A DNA stretch of 63,487 bases, the filler included, from Bigelowiella natans CCMP2755 (taxonomy: Eukaryota > Protista > Cercozoa): assembly GCA_000320545.1 (NCBI GenBank). It is 6 parts of 6 records of this genome, joined end to end, with 100 filler letters (N's around TTAATTAATTAA, not from the genome) between each part and the next. Parts side by side here need not be neighbours in the genome. Positions count along the whole stretch, not along the records: positions 1 to 17,128 come from ADNK01000509.1; 5 more parts are not named here. One strand, 5' to 3'. Positions within the stretch are counted from its first letter, which is position 1; each line of letters starts with the position of its first letter. The notes beneath the pieces are model-generated. The model saw only the letters and a list, made by a program, of their open reading frames with translations. It did not search any database and was not told the origin of the DNA. The translations under genes and the position numbers were made by a program. Shown piece by piece: positions 1 to 12,989 of this stretch.

Positions 1-19
1 CGTGATACTAACGCACCTT

Positions 20-3017
20 GAACACCATGCGCTCCCACAGCAGCGACTGACTTTCATGGACCTGTCAATGGGAGGAGGAGGGGAGGAGGAGGGGAGGAGG
101 AGGAGGAGGGCGATGATGATGATGATGATAAACAACAACGATGACGATGACGACGGCGAAAACGACGATCTCCATCACATACTCATGTGTGCACGCTTGC
201 TTTCTTATGATGTGTTAATGCTGCTTGGTGGTTCTCCCATCAAAATTTCATACCCCCATGGACAGCGCACGTGATACGGGAAGATCCTATCATCAGAGGC
301 GAGTGTATTAGGATATTATAAACAAAGTAAGAGAATGAGCTGGTGCGGAAACACTGAGGAGGAGGAGGAGGAGGAGGAGGAGAAGGAGGAGGAGACGTAG
401 TTAACTATTCTCATTGTAGTAGCACCTGCTGCAGCTGTGAGCGTCCTTGCTCATAGAGAGCATGCCCTACTTCGTGGATCTGCAACATGATGGTTGTTCT
501 TAAACATCGTAATGATTATAATAACAATTATAATGATAATAATCATAATAGTGATGATCTCTTGACGATGCGATGATAACTATCATGACTCTATTACTAC
601 TACTACTACTACTCCTACTACTACTGCTATACACAACTATTTATTTTACTGTGCCGCCGATTCCCTCCATCCAGTTCTTCTCGTTGTATCTCGTCGTAAT
701 ACGAACATCGCTGGGTCCCACCTACGGTAGTGGTAGCAGTGATAGTATTAGTAGTAGTAGTTGTTGTTGTTGTTGTTGCTGTTGTTGTGGCCAAAATAGT
801 AATGATAAGTTTCATCAAAGGTCAACAAAGGTTGCACTTGCTTGCAAGACCAACTGCTGATTCGAAGTGTCATCATCATCACTCACCCCTCCAGTGAATG
901 GATGCACAGATACGTCGAAACGGCCTCTTTCTGTATCAAATCCTGTAGGTAGGTAGGTAGGTAGGTAGGTAGGTTGGTAAGCATGCAGGAGGAGAGGATG
1001 CAGAAGGAAAGAAGAGAATCGTTGGAATAAGAAGAAGACGTCACTGACTGCGACTACCCAAATCCTTAGCGATCTCCAAACACAGCTCTGCTTGTGTGTC
1101 AACAGGCCATGCAGCGTCTGTGAGAGCTGCTGGCAGCTTCATATCGCCTGCATCGATCACTGACTTTACCAGGGGAACAAGATCCTAGTTGTACGGGTAG
1201 GGAAGAAGAGGAGGAGGAGGAGGAGGGGAGGAGATAAGAGCAGCCGTGGAAGAGGGGAGTATGGCTGTTTAAAAGATGAATCGAATCGCTACCACTACTA
1301 CCTTCTTGAGCTCTCCGAAGATGTCATCAAGTCGTGTGGAAGGCATTCCTCTCTCAAATGCGTCTAGAGCGCCTGCATCAATCAATATCCATAAAATAAT
1401 GTGTGAAACCATTACTCTCCAACAACGCTACCAATTATCTTCCCTGAGGGTGTTAATCCGCCTTCATCAACCTCCCACTACCCCTCCTCCCCCATTCTCT
1501 CTCCCCCTTCTCTCTCTGACCATCATAAATCGGAAGATGAGGCCTCGTCAACTTCGCAACCTAAGTGGGAGAAAACTCTACAATATTAGCTGCTCATTAG
1601 TTTTTTTATCGATTGGATATTTTCTTGCGACAAATTGCAGTACTACTAGAGAGTAACTGCTAGGAAGGAAACAAGTGTACCTCTTTCTTAAGCTGAAACA
1701 TCTCTTTCAACTTTGGCTCGAAGCCGTTGAAATCGTCGTCCTGCGAGGGATATGATTCAGTTATTCACTGGGCTCTTGCATTTGATTCGATATTTGAATG
1801 ATGATCTTCACAACTCTCTCAATAGCACGTCTCATGTTGCTTTGAATTATGTGGTAGTAACATACACACATCTGTCGAATAGGATTATGACACCTTTCTT
1901 GCCTGGACCCACGCGTTAAACGATTCCGCCTCAAGTTCAGCTTCTCTCTGTTGTCAACATAACCATCAACATCATCTCATTCTCGTCATCATTGCCTTAT
2001 CTTTACAATCGTCATCGATGTCATTCTTCAATAAGAACATATGAGTCAGAGTATCGTCGAGAGGACGAGCGAAGTTTTGGCAATCAAAGAGATCTCCACG
2101 TGTTAGCAGTACCCTGGCAATTTCCTTCGACTTAGCAGTCTCGAGCTTGTAATCTCTCTGCGCATCACGGCAGTTTGCACGTGCAAAATCGCATTCCAAT
2201 TCCTCACCACCCTTAATGTCCTACCGAAAGGCCAAAGAGGTTAATAGCATCAATAGTTTCCGACGTTCTTGACTGTTGAATCCGGGTATTATTTACGGCT
2301 CACACCGATGTTTTCTGTGTTTGCAAAATTGGTGTTGAGATACAATCCACTCGTGTATTATCTCCACCGATGATTCTCAAAATATCTCTATTTTATTTAA
2401 ATGAATATCCCATACACAAGCCTAGCTTTCAGCTTCGTCTTCGTAGTTGCAACAAAATATACGCAGGAAACTCGTAAATATCAAAATGATGTATTTTACA
2501 ACCTCCAGGAGTTGACCGAGGGCAGGGTCAGTTTGTTCTCGTGGATTACTGCTGCAAGGACCGACTTTGCTGTCCCCTAGTTCTGCTGCGCCGGAAGGCA
2601 TCATCGTCTGCTCATCCCACCTAGAGGACATGATTCAACCGTCAAAGCAGCCATAGCGGCAAAGAGGGGCGGCTGAAGCAATGAATCAACAACATCACGA
2701 ACCATAAAATTAAGTGTACAAAACTATATATTTGATACTTCACCCTAGGATGGAGGAGACTCCAGAGAGTTGGTTGATTTCCTTGAGCCTTTCACAAAGT
2801 TTCCCGTACGTTGCCACAGCGGTCGGCGTACCTGCGATGGCGGCTGTCGAGACTGTGGCGCGAGCTTTCGCAAGCGGGGATCGAAGCAAACTTGCAGGGG
2901 ATCTTGATGAAGATCGAAAGAAAAGCATCATTACTGCAGATAAGGCTAGGAAAGTGACAGCGGCTAATGTGCGGAACGATGATGCGGCGCGTCTACGTCC
3001 CAAAGGTCCCTAACCAT
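20..3017 (-). CDS. Metallocarboxypeptidase, family M32 (carboxypeptidase Taq-like); about 13 exons visible, 3' part runs off the window start; N-terminal signal plus transit-like leader
   Basis: Manually spliced GT-AG exons give YGKLCERLKEINQLSGVSSILG-WDEQTMMP, ANCRDAQRDY, AWVQARK-DDDF, ALDAFERGMPSTRLDDIFGELKK, GFDTERGRFDVSVHPFTGG, DVRITTRY, IHEVGHALYEQG (HEXXH at 462-476) and VHESQSLLWER (47-58), all typical M32 motifs. Apparent single-base losses near the 5' end (see findings). Confidence 0.92.
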
Positions 3018-3715
3018 ACACATGAATTTTTATGGTCGAATCGGAGATGTGCCCCTCGCACACACAAAAAAAATGATACATTTCGTTGCCTAAATGATCG
3101 CACACATCAACCCCTCCTACCCCACCCCTCCCTTTGCCCCATCTCTCCTCTGTCCCCAAAAGACACGTCGTCCACCATTCTCTGGTTGTGGAGTATTCGC
3201 TGCTGTTGTTATGAAGTTGTTGGCAACAATATAATCTGATAATTCAGATATATTCCGCATGAAATCTTATCCATTATGATGGAGCTCTGTATTTTTTACA
3301 TTGAGACACACGCTAGATCAAGTCGCATGACGAAAGACGGAGACAACAATCACATTTCGAAATAGCGCCATGATTTCGGGGTTGTCGCAGGGATAAAATC
3401 CAGACCATCTCTCGATCGTTCAATCGATAACGAGTTCGGTTATCATTTAGGCTATCCTCCCCCAAAAGGGAGTACGAGTAGCAGTGGTAGTAGCAGTGGT
3501 AGTCCAAGGTACTAGCGTGCTGCATTCTGAATCACGAGCGAAGAAGAGGGGTCTGTTGCACTGGGCTCTATTGAATTAACGTGTGTTTGCTGCTATTACC
3601 TAACCCACACTTATGTTCGCTTGTATTCGTACATGGGTTCTGACTGACAACGGGGATAGAAAATACTCCCTCCCCCCTCTACACACACACACACACACAC
3701 ACAAACACACAAATA

Positions 3716-4706
3716 GGTTACTTACAAAGGGTTTCTATCAACGATATGAAGAGAATCAAGACTCTCACAGGAGATGAGAAGCATAGGTCAAGAACAGTTC
3801 TGGATCGTGCGAACAATCAGACAAGACGGTAGTAGATTGGGGAGGAATTTATCCCCAACACATCCACCGATACATAGTACTTTCTCACTTATACCTTCCC
3901 CTCATTCCCCCTCCCCCCCCCCCTCTTCTCTTTCTCGGGATGTGTATGTGATGTATGATTTGAATCTGTTGTCGTTTTCTCAGGGGCGTAGTTGGAGATT
4001 GGGTACGTTCTTTCACTCTCACAATAAGTTATGAATGCACTCCTTGTAAACATCGTACATGTTTGTATGATAAAAATGAAAATTTGACCAAATATAAAAT
4101 TATACAGGTTTTCAGTTTATTTTCTGGATGTTTTTGTAATGTTGTGGTTCATACCGTTGTAGATGAAATCGAAAACCGGGTATAATAGAAATCTTACTCG
4201 ATTACCAACTTCCATAAAAGCAAGTATTGATCGTGGCAACTGGATCACTAAGGTGGATAAACTGCATTCATAATCACGAAATATATTTACGCACACAAAC
4301 ACACACAGAGAGAGACCACGCCATACAGTATTTTTTGCACTCTTTTCACAGTACCTCTGTTGCTGCTTCCGGAGATCAGACAGTACCATCAGCGAGATAC
4401 AGGTCTTTCTACTGACCTTTTAAAGAAAATTATCTGAATAACTTGAGTATATTTGTAATATTTGATTATATGCAGTTTATTGTATGATCTAGTATTTTGT
4501 GAGCGTGTAAATAATTCTCTCAGGAGGCGCTGAGAGGGCTGAATCTGAGTCTCTACGAGCTAGAATACCTCAACATGTCAACATCTTTTACTGAAGTAAT
4601 CTCTTACTTAATGCTAATAAAGACGTTAAATATCTCGTCCGCTTTTAAAGAGTAGAGAAAGAATACTCACAAATATACATACTAAAACCATCTAGTAGAT
4701 AATGGT

Positions 4707-4746
<40 letters not shown>

Positions 4747-5062
4747 AGCACCCCATCTTCTGTCCGAATCTTCCGTCCCACATCGTTGCAATCGTCATCA
4801 CAATATTATCAACCTTTTCACCATCATCATTTTCGTTTATTAGCCGGAAATCGTGCTGCTCGCAAGGCAGTACCATCACCTGGACTTGAACAGGGACGGC
4901 GTTGTAAGCTCCGATGAGCTGGTTGCTGCAACGAATATCCTAGCCATCAAATTTCCCAAATAAGATTCACACATACGTGCACGCACATACACGCACGCAC
5001 GCACACACACTAATAACATCGGAGACGAGCTTGAGAAAGGCAAACCATCACATATGTGTTTG

Positions 5063-5100
<38 letters not shown>

Positions 5101-5323
5101 TGTTTGTGAACGTGCATGCGTTGTTCGTGTTGCTTAGATCCAACTGCCCGAATTCCGGAGAAACCCCATGAAACATAGATTGAAGGTAAAAAGTAGTTTG
5201 ACAGTAGAGAAGATTCATCTTTGCTAAATGTATACATGTGTATGCGCGCGCGTGTGTGTGTGTGTGTACATAAATGTTTGTGGTTGAAATTTGTTTTCTA
5301 TGTTGCATTCATGTGTACGGTTG

Positions 5324-5366
<43 letters not shown>

Positions 5367-6860
5367 ATATGCTATGTGGTTGCACACATACATGCTCTTG
5401 GTTAGGAATATTTCCAGAATGAAAACGGATCGGAGACATTTTCGATACGACAGTTCATCAAAACGCTGTCTGTTTTCAGTCCGAGATCCCCCATTGTGGA
5501 AAAAGTTAGGTAGATTTATTTTTGATATAATGTGCACAAATGCAATGACGCACACAAATTTTAGATATACTCTTCTTCACACATAGGATACTGAATATAT
5601 CGTGTGAGGTAAGAGAGAATATCTGTATTGATCAGGTTTCTGTTCAACGTGTACGATTGTGACGGAGACGGAATGATCAGCAGAGAGGATCTGAGGAAGA
5701 TTTTAACCATGGTCATGACGATTCATTTGTGACACAAGAGGAATAACAAGAAAGTCCAAAGATGGCCACACTTACTTCGAAGGAAAAAAAAAAAATAAGG
5801 CGACTTAATTGTGTGTATATTAGACTCTTTCGAATAAGATGGAAGCTGAAGACATCGAGAGAGTGGTACGTGAAAAGTGCAAGTTGTTCCTTCAAATCTT
5901 TTCCGAGGAAATTCTCGTGTTTTTTACCGATAAAGTGACGAACACTTAAACGCTAAACACACCACTGCTCTATAGTTTCACCACATGTCTACCCATCTCG
6001 GGCACTCTTAGGTCGAGGAGACTTTCAAGGAATGTGCGAGAAGCGAAGCGAATTCATTTGTAATTCAAAAATGTGAATAATTTCTGTATGTTGTATGATC
6101 TTGGTACACATTTTGTCGAGGATCTATCTCGATTCTATCTCTCATCCCATTCCGCCCCTTTGCTAATCGCTAATCAAACTCCCTTCGGATTGACGAGAAA
6201 TGTCTCATGAGATGATCAAGAACGCTACTGTAGGTACCTACAAAGCACCAAAAGGTTCAAGATTTCATCACATACAAGAATTTCCGTGAAGTATTGGCGA
6301 ACACCGATGTTGGTTCTAAGGTAATCATATTCGTTTATTGTCTGGCCATCCCTCGACTCAAAAACAACGCTGTCACCTCAGGATGTGTTGCTCAAACGTC
6401 CATGCACACGTTTATTCTCTTGTTGGTTTTTACTGCGCTGCTACTGATGTGATTGCCTCGATTGACTTTGTTGTTGGATGATGAACATCATTCCTCAATA
6501 TTGCAGGTAAGCATCGATTTAGAGAGATTAGCAAGATCAAAACAGCTAGTCAAAATTGGGAGATCGACGACGAGTTTCCCAAACATCTCGGATAAAAAGC
6601 TAGAGATGAAGAAAATGAAGAAGGCGGAGAAGAGGGAGAAGGAAAGTAAACAGGTGGAGGATTTAAATAATAGCAAGCCGTCCACACCAGATGAGAAAGA
6701 TAGACAAGGGGAAAAGGAACCTAATTCCAGTAAGAGAGATAGGCATCGAATGAAAAAACAGAAGACTCGCAGATCTAAAAAGAAAAGCTTAGAGAAAAGG
6801 GGAAAGGGAGAGACGAAGCTATCCCGAATAGCGAGGAACTCATCAAGATCTAAATTCTAG
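3716..6860 (+). CDS. Calcineurin B / CHP-like EF-hand protein with N-terminal extension (CCC motif) and probable basic C-terminal tail; multi-exon, start not resolved
   Basis: Spliced exons: YLCCCFRRSDSTISEIQ-EALRGLNLSLYELEYLNMSTSFTE-PEIVLLARQYHHLDLNRDGVVSSDEL-IQLPEFRRNPMKHRLK-EYFQ..IRQFIKTLSVFSPRSPIVEKVR-FLFNVYDCDGDGMISREDLRKILTMV..FITYKNFREVLANTDVGSK, following the CNB/CHP pattern. Last exon (about 6507-6860) is inferred. Confidence 0.78.
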
Positions 6861-7735
6861 AATTGTTCAAATGAAAATGAACAACATGCTGTGCACGTGT
6901 GTTCAATTAGTGGCATGTTAGCGTGAATGACTACATGGCTAGGCGAGTGCATTGAGAGGCCTGCAAGGCAGTGTTTACGCAAATTGTGCGCAAGACGATG
7001 ACGTGGCATGCTAGCATGCAGTACACATCATTGTAATAATGACAACGCGCTCGCATCGCAGCGCGTGCCACGCATGCTAGCATGCTAGCACAGGCCGGCG
7101 CGCGACAAAAAGACCGCATGCATGCGACGAATGTGATGAATAAACAAATCATGCACAAAACATGGAAACCCTAGCCTGCGCTGACCGTCGTGGTTGTGCA
7201 TGGAAATTAAGTCTATATGCGTATACATGCGCGTGTAACACATATGCCCCAAATGTCTTCACATATGATTTATTTGAGTACATTTAATCTTTCATAATAT
7301 TTCATTTCTATACATTAAGTCTCTATAGTTGCAGACGATGTGATGCAACAGCCCCGTGCATGACGTCTTGTAACCTGGCTAGCTGGCACGCTGGCATCAC
7401 ACTCGTGAGGTGGGAGTTTACTGTCAAATCAAGAGGGTCTTATCTAATCTAGGATGAAGATGGACATTCCCCAAGCCTTTGGCACATCGTCGGTTGATGT
7501 CCCCGTTTGCTTTTCTCTTTCCCCTTCAAGACACATGCATTCTTGGAAGACATTGAACAGATGAATGAATGAAGATGCGAAATTCCGCCGCTAAAAGCTC
7601 ATCGCCAGTTGAAAGTAGGACTAACTCAAATTCAAATTTATAGAATGATGCCTCTCGTCTTTTTTGCATTTCTCACTTCGATAGTGTTCTTTGCTATGGG
7701 CTTAAAATTCGTTAAACCTGTCTTTATTTTTCTCT

Positions 7736-8286
7736 TTAAAAAGCAGAGCCTCTTGTTTTCATGGGGACGGACTTTGACATTGTTAATCCAGGAGGCTCAG
7801 GACTACTCCTCTTCATTACTTGAGGCAAATTGAAAGAATCCAGTTCTTTTTCCTTATTCGTAAGCTCGTCAATTATCTTCTTGCGTAGCTTTGGAGTTGA
7901 AATCGTATCCAACTTATCTCGCAGCTCTTCAGTCCTCCTTTCAAGATCAACAAGCTGTCCAAATGCTCCGTCAGCAACAGTTATATTCCTGAAAAATTCT
8001 TTATAGCTGATGATGCCTTTTTGATCGGCTAAGCTTCCCACTATAGACCCCATTTCTTTCGTTGTTAATGCAATATCTGGGTACACCTTGGCGAACGACA
8101 TAAGTCCCAGGTGAAATTCTTCAGTTGAAAGCTTTCCATCACCATCGTAGTCGAAATATCTAAATAGAGATTCTATATTCCTCACCCCGCTCCTATCTGC
8201 AGCCTCCAACAGATTTCCTAACAATTGATTCAGATGTTTATCCCCTTCTTCCCCTGCTTTGTTATCATTGCCCTCTTCGTTGTCTT

Positions 8287-8325
<39 letters not shown>

Positions 8326-10384
8326 CGCCCTGCTGCTGCTGTTTGGTCTTCTTTTTCTCATCTAATTCCGAGATTTCTTCCCTGAGATGTCTATACAATG
8401 GTGTGAAACGCGACAAGAATTCCACATAGTCCAAAGGTCCTCTGAAGCTCCCATTCACTCCATACGCAGGAACACCTAGCATTTCTTGGAAAGATAGCCA
8501 CGGGATACTAACACCAATTATCTTATTCAAGCCTGCTTTCCATTGTGTGCGGGTTACGTAGCCTTTTCCTAACCCTCCTCCATTCTTTGATGAAGACACT
8601 TTGTCGAAATGATGAATCAACTTCAATCGGCACTTGGAAATGTGTTTAATCATCAGAGTAAGCACCTTGTTTTCCTTGGCACCATATCTCAAGCAAAAAT
8701 TATGGGAATTCTTGGCATGTCTTTTCTTAGCCTCGTATTGAATAAATCGGTATTGTAGCTTCTTCGTCTCTCCAAATTCAGCACCACCCTGATAATCATA
8801 GTATGATGATGTCGTCTTCTTTGTATCCTGGTCAGGTAGCAATTTCTTCTTCTTTTCCTTCTCGCTGCTGCCTTTGGTCGAGATTAACATCACAGAACCG
8901 AGATTATCATCATCTCCTGTGTATCGTGAAGCAGAGAATACCGTTACCATCTTATTGTCGAAATTCCACTCATAGCCAGCGTGTACACACTCATGGGACC
9001 GAACGACCAAAGACAACTTGTTTTTGGCCATAAATGTGTCAACCACATCTTCTCCAAATACGCACCCTGCATTTCGTTCTGAATTATGGCGCCTCCCTCG
9101 AAATGGTCTCCCTGTGTCCCAATCTGACTTAGGGTCTGACCACAGAAGGTCCTCCATGATTGTTTCGTAGGGGGTGGAGAGATGGTGTCGGTCTACATCC
9201 AGGATGTCTTTTATGGTGATATCGTGCCAACTGAGACCTCCATACACCACAAAAATCTCGTCTTGTACCACTGATGCAAGAGGTAAATGCTGAAAAGCAT
9301 CCGAAAATTTATTCCACATATCTCGATTATATTTCCGGATACATTCATCGAAGAATCCAAAGTCCGCGTTCATGTCAGTAGCTTCATGATTACCACGATT
9401 CAAGAATACAGATTCTGGATATAAGATCTTCAAAGCGAATAATATCAACACAACCTCGCACGAGTTCTGGCCTCTATCTACAAAATCCCCATTGAAGATA
9501 TACTTGTTGCGGCTGAAAGGCAGTCCATGCAAGGTAAAAATGTGGATAAGATCGTCCAATTGACCATGCAGGTCACCGACAATCACACATCGAGCTCCTT
9601 TTGGAAGTGCAACATCCTTCACATTTGTCTCACTGATAAGAACATCTTCTGCTTCTTTAATCAACCTCAATGCTGTTTTTTCGTCCAAGATTTCCCCAGC
9701 CTTAAATCTGTCCATCATTGCAGTGACAAAATCCAAATTGATCTGCTCTGAGCTGCGTAGATTTTTACCTGGGGTCGAATCAGCATTCACAAGTGGAGGA
9801 GCAGAAATCGAAAGGTGGCGATGATGCTCGTTATCTCCCTCCTCCCCTTGCTGGATATCATCATCATCATCATCATCATTTTGATGTGCTGCTGCTGCTG
9901 CTTTTTCACTGATGTCGTCGTCGTCGTCGTCTTCGTTGGCTTTCCTTCCTCTGTTTTTCTGTTCTCCCCCCCCCTTCGCTGCCTTCGTTGCCTTCGCTAC
10001 TGATGCTGCAATTTGTCTCTTCTCCTTTTCTGTCCATTTTTTGGCCAAATCCACTGCGTTGAAATCAGAGTGTCCTCCGGAGAGTGGCGGAGGAGATTCC
10101 GGTAAAACCTCCTGCTGCCGAAATCTTGATTTGCTATCACCACTCTTCTCGTTGGTGCGTAGGAGATCACGACGGATAGCCTCGATCTTCTTCTTAAAAT
10201 CCTTTCTGGCTTCTACAAGTTTCTTCCGCGAAAACACTACCTCTCTCTCTTCCAAGAGGTCAAATTGTCTTGCAGCATGGCGAAGTCTCATTCGTTTGAA
10301 TTTTGATCTTGCCATCGCACCTCTGAAGAGGCTCTGAATCTTAACAGCAGCAATCCCATGAAACTTTTTCTTATTGCCACTCAC
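7736..10384 (-). CDS. PPEF: PPEF/RdgC-type Ser/Thr phosphatase (IQ motif + PPP domain + EF-hands), one 882-codon open frame; start uncertain (GTG)
   Basis: IQ motif IQSLFRGAMAR; PPP motifs GDLHGQ, GDFVDRG, RGNHE, LLWSDP, RSHE, TVFSASRY; C-terminal EF-hand DYDGDGKLSTEEF. The HGG motif reads YGG. Confidence 0.92.
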
Positions 10385-10529
10385 ATTAGCAAAAAGTTGT
10401 TCCAGATTGTTATCTGTTGTGCGACTGACGATCCTCCAACGTTGATGCTTTTTCTTTTGCCACTCATATGAGTAAAGAGTGTAGTTCCAGATTGGTATCT
10501 GTTCCTAATGATCCTCCAGCATTGATGCT
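10365..10529. repeat. Diverged tandem duplication (two copies of about 80-85 bp) across the PPEF start
   Basis: tttttcttattgccactcacattagcaaaaagttgttccagattgttatctg..gatcctccaacgttgatgc is followed by tttttcttttgccactcatatgagtaaagagtgtagttccagattggtatctg..gatcctccagcattgatgc. Confidence 0.85.
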
Positions 10530-10974
10530 GCAGGAAGCGCCAATCGATACTCCAAGGAGAAAGTCTTAATGCCAGGCATTTACGAAGTACCTATTCCACA
10601 AATAAAAGGGGCATTATTACGTATTATCCTTAATAATTTGTCGTAGTAAATAAAATAGGGTATTCGATTTGGAATTTGATTATTTGTTATATCTCACAGA
10701 TAGGGAGTTACATATCGAAAGCACTAAAGCTACAAACAAGTTACCCCTTCCCAAGGTAAGAAACACAGTATCAAAGTGAGCATCCCTCATCCAGCGTAGC
10801 ATCAATTCACAAGAATCCCTACAAAATCGAACTGCCTCAATTGCAAAAGATAAATTGGGTTTTAAGAATTTGGATTTATTTAACATTCTAATAATTCGTG
10901 TTTCTCACCGATACTCGCAAAAATGAATAGCAGTGGTCCTTTCGGTCGGAGTCTTGCAAAATCTACCTCAAGAT

Positions 10975-11188
10975 ATGGATAAGTGAGTAAAATGTTACTA
11001 GCTAACCGAAGATCTTGCCTAACGTTTTCATATCGAATTCAGAGTAAAGCTTAGTTCCCGTGCAGTGAAGGTTTGCAAATAAGCTCATCTAGAGTTGTTC
11101 TTAGCATCCTAACGAAAAAATTCACCTGTTTGATAATGTAGAGCACAGATAATGGATCTACGAGGAGGAGGTAACCACACACACACAC

Positions 11189-11231
<43 letters not shown>

Positions 11232-11296
11232 TATTATGCATTATAATATCTGTGTGTGTAAATTATATGTAATATATCATAAATATATGTACATAT

Positions 11297-11328
<32 letters not shown>

Positions 11329-12506
11329 CATATTCTGAGAAAATGGTTTTTGTTCACAGTTCACGGGCACAACTGTCCAGGTTACTACTTCCGTCTAAGA
11401 GATTTTGTTGAGGTTGCGTTTATTTTTGCATAACACGGATTGCTGGGCCTCTTTCAGGGCTGCTGGGGATATGGCCACACCACCAGGGAACGACGTTCCT
11501 AAAGAAGGAAGACTTGGAAGAAGACGGTATGGTTCCTTCGAACAATAAATGACATGGATACAATGACGAGAAGTGATAACCGAATTGACGTGTGAACTGT
11601 TGTGAAACATTTCGGACCATAAACGTGCAGGCTACTTCGAGAACCCAATAAAGCACGTGCTCCTGTCTTGGCTGGTTCGCCCAGTCTCCTGAACCGAAGG
11701 TTTTAACTGTGGCTTTTCTTCACTTACCATTGAACTCATTCAAAATTCGAAATTTGTCAGATTGGAACAGCCAGGCCAAAACCTAATGAAGAATCCAAAC
11801 AATGAAAAAAGCAACTTGAGGAAGCAGTAATTTTTAACATATCAAAACTGTTTGTGAAAATGCCTCAACAAGAAATCGTAAAATAGTTCTTGAATAATCT
11901 GTATCAGAATGATCCATGGCAATATGGACGATGGGAAAAATCTTGCCTCCACTCCAACGATGCCTTCGAGGGTTGTGTAAGATGTGAAGAAAGAAAAAAT
12001 ACAACACAATATCATGATGCTCCTTGTTTTAAGTGGTGATTCAAACGTGTTCGTGTTGTTTCGGCATCTGCAGGACATCTCTGGTGGCTTGGGCACCGTT
12101 GGAGACGTAACATGCACAAACAGCTTTCCATGCTAAAAGATGTAGGGCTAAGCCATTTTCCCAACGTGATTTTTATACAGGTGATGGATTGCACACTAGG
12201 CTTGAATTTTCGAGAGAAGTACAATAAACTAAAAGCAGAGGAAGACAAAAAAAAGGTGATTCAATGATAATTCTTGTGCCCCTCCCTTTAATTGATATGA
12301 TTACAATGATAAATGCGTGTGTTGATAATGGCATGTATGAACACTAGGGAGGCCTTGCTGACTCGCCTGAACAAGAGGTGAGGCACATTTCGACACTCAG
12401 TTCTAGAAATAAAGGAGGCGGCTTCAGAGCGCAAAGCAAATCGAATAAATCCCTTTCTAGCGTTTCCACTCGAGACAGTCAAAAAAAAAGCAAATGGTTC
12501 AAATGA
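10975..12506 (+). CDS. Unknown multi-exon protein
   Basis: A chain of short GT-AG exons can be joined: MDK-VKLSSRAVK-IMDLRGG-VHGHNCPG-LLGIWPHHQGTTFLKKEDLEED-GYFENPIKH..DISGGLGTVGD-VMDCTLGLNFREKYNKLKAEEDKKK-GGLADSPEQE..KKSKWFK*. No family recognised; some phases are ambiguous. Confidence 0.45.
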
Positions 12507-12989
12507 GGTACTTCTCGATCACACTTCATTCTTCAAATTGAAAATTTTCAAAGCTTCAACAATCATGTGTCGTAAGAGAGGGATGTTCTTTCATGCCATT
12601 GGTGTACAAGTAAATCATGTCATCACCTACTCGCCATTTGAGATGCCGCAAAATGTTTTCGAGCGCCACGTTTCTGTAGGTGCACATGCACGCATGCTCT
12701 CCATTTCATTAGCGGAGTAACAGTCAGTCACAAAAAGGCACCACACTGACAAAATTTCATGCGACATGCACGTGAGGACGATAGCATGCGATTGCTGCCT
12801 GAACATCTTTCTAGCTGTGCTCCAATCCGTCTAGCCGTCTGCACACAGAAACGGTCACACATGGTGCAGCAGCCAAGCTCACAGCATGCATGCATGAATC
12901 ATCGCTGACGAGCGCGTCGACTGGAAATGGAACGTGCGTGGAAGATCAACGAAGCCCACATCATAGAATCGAGGGAACAAAGGCCGTGC

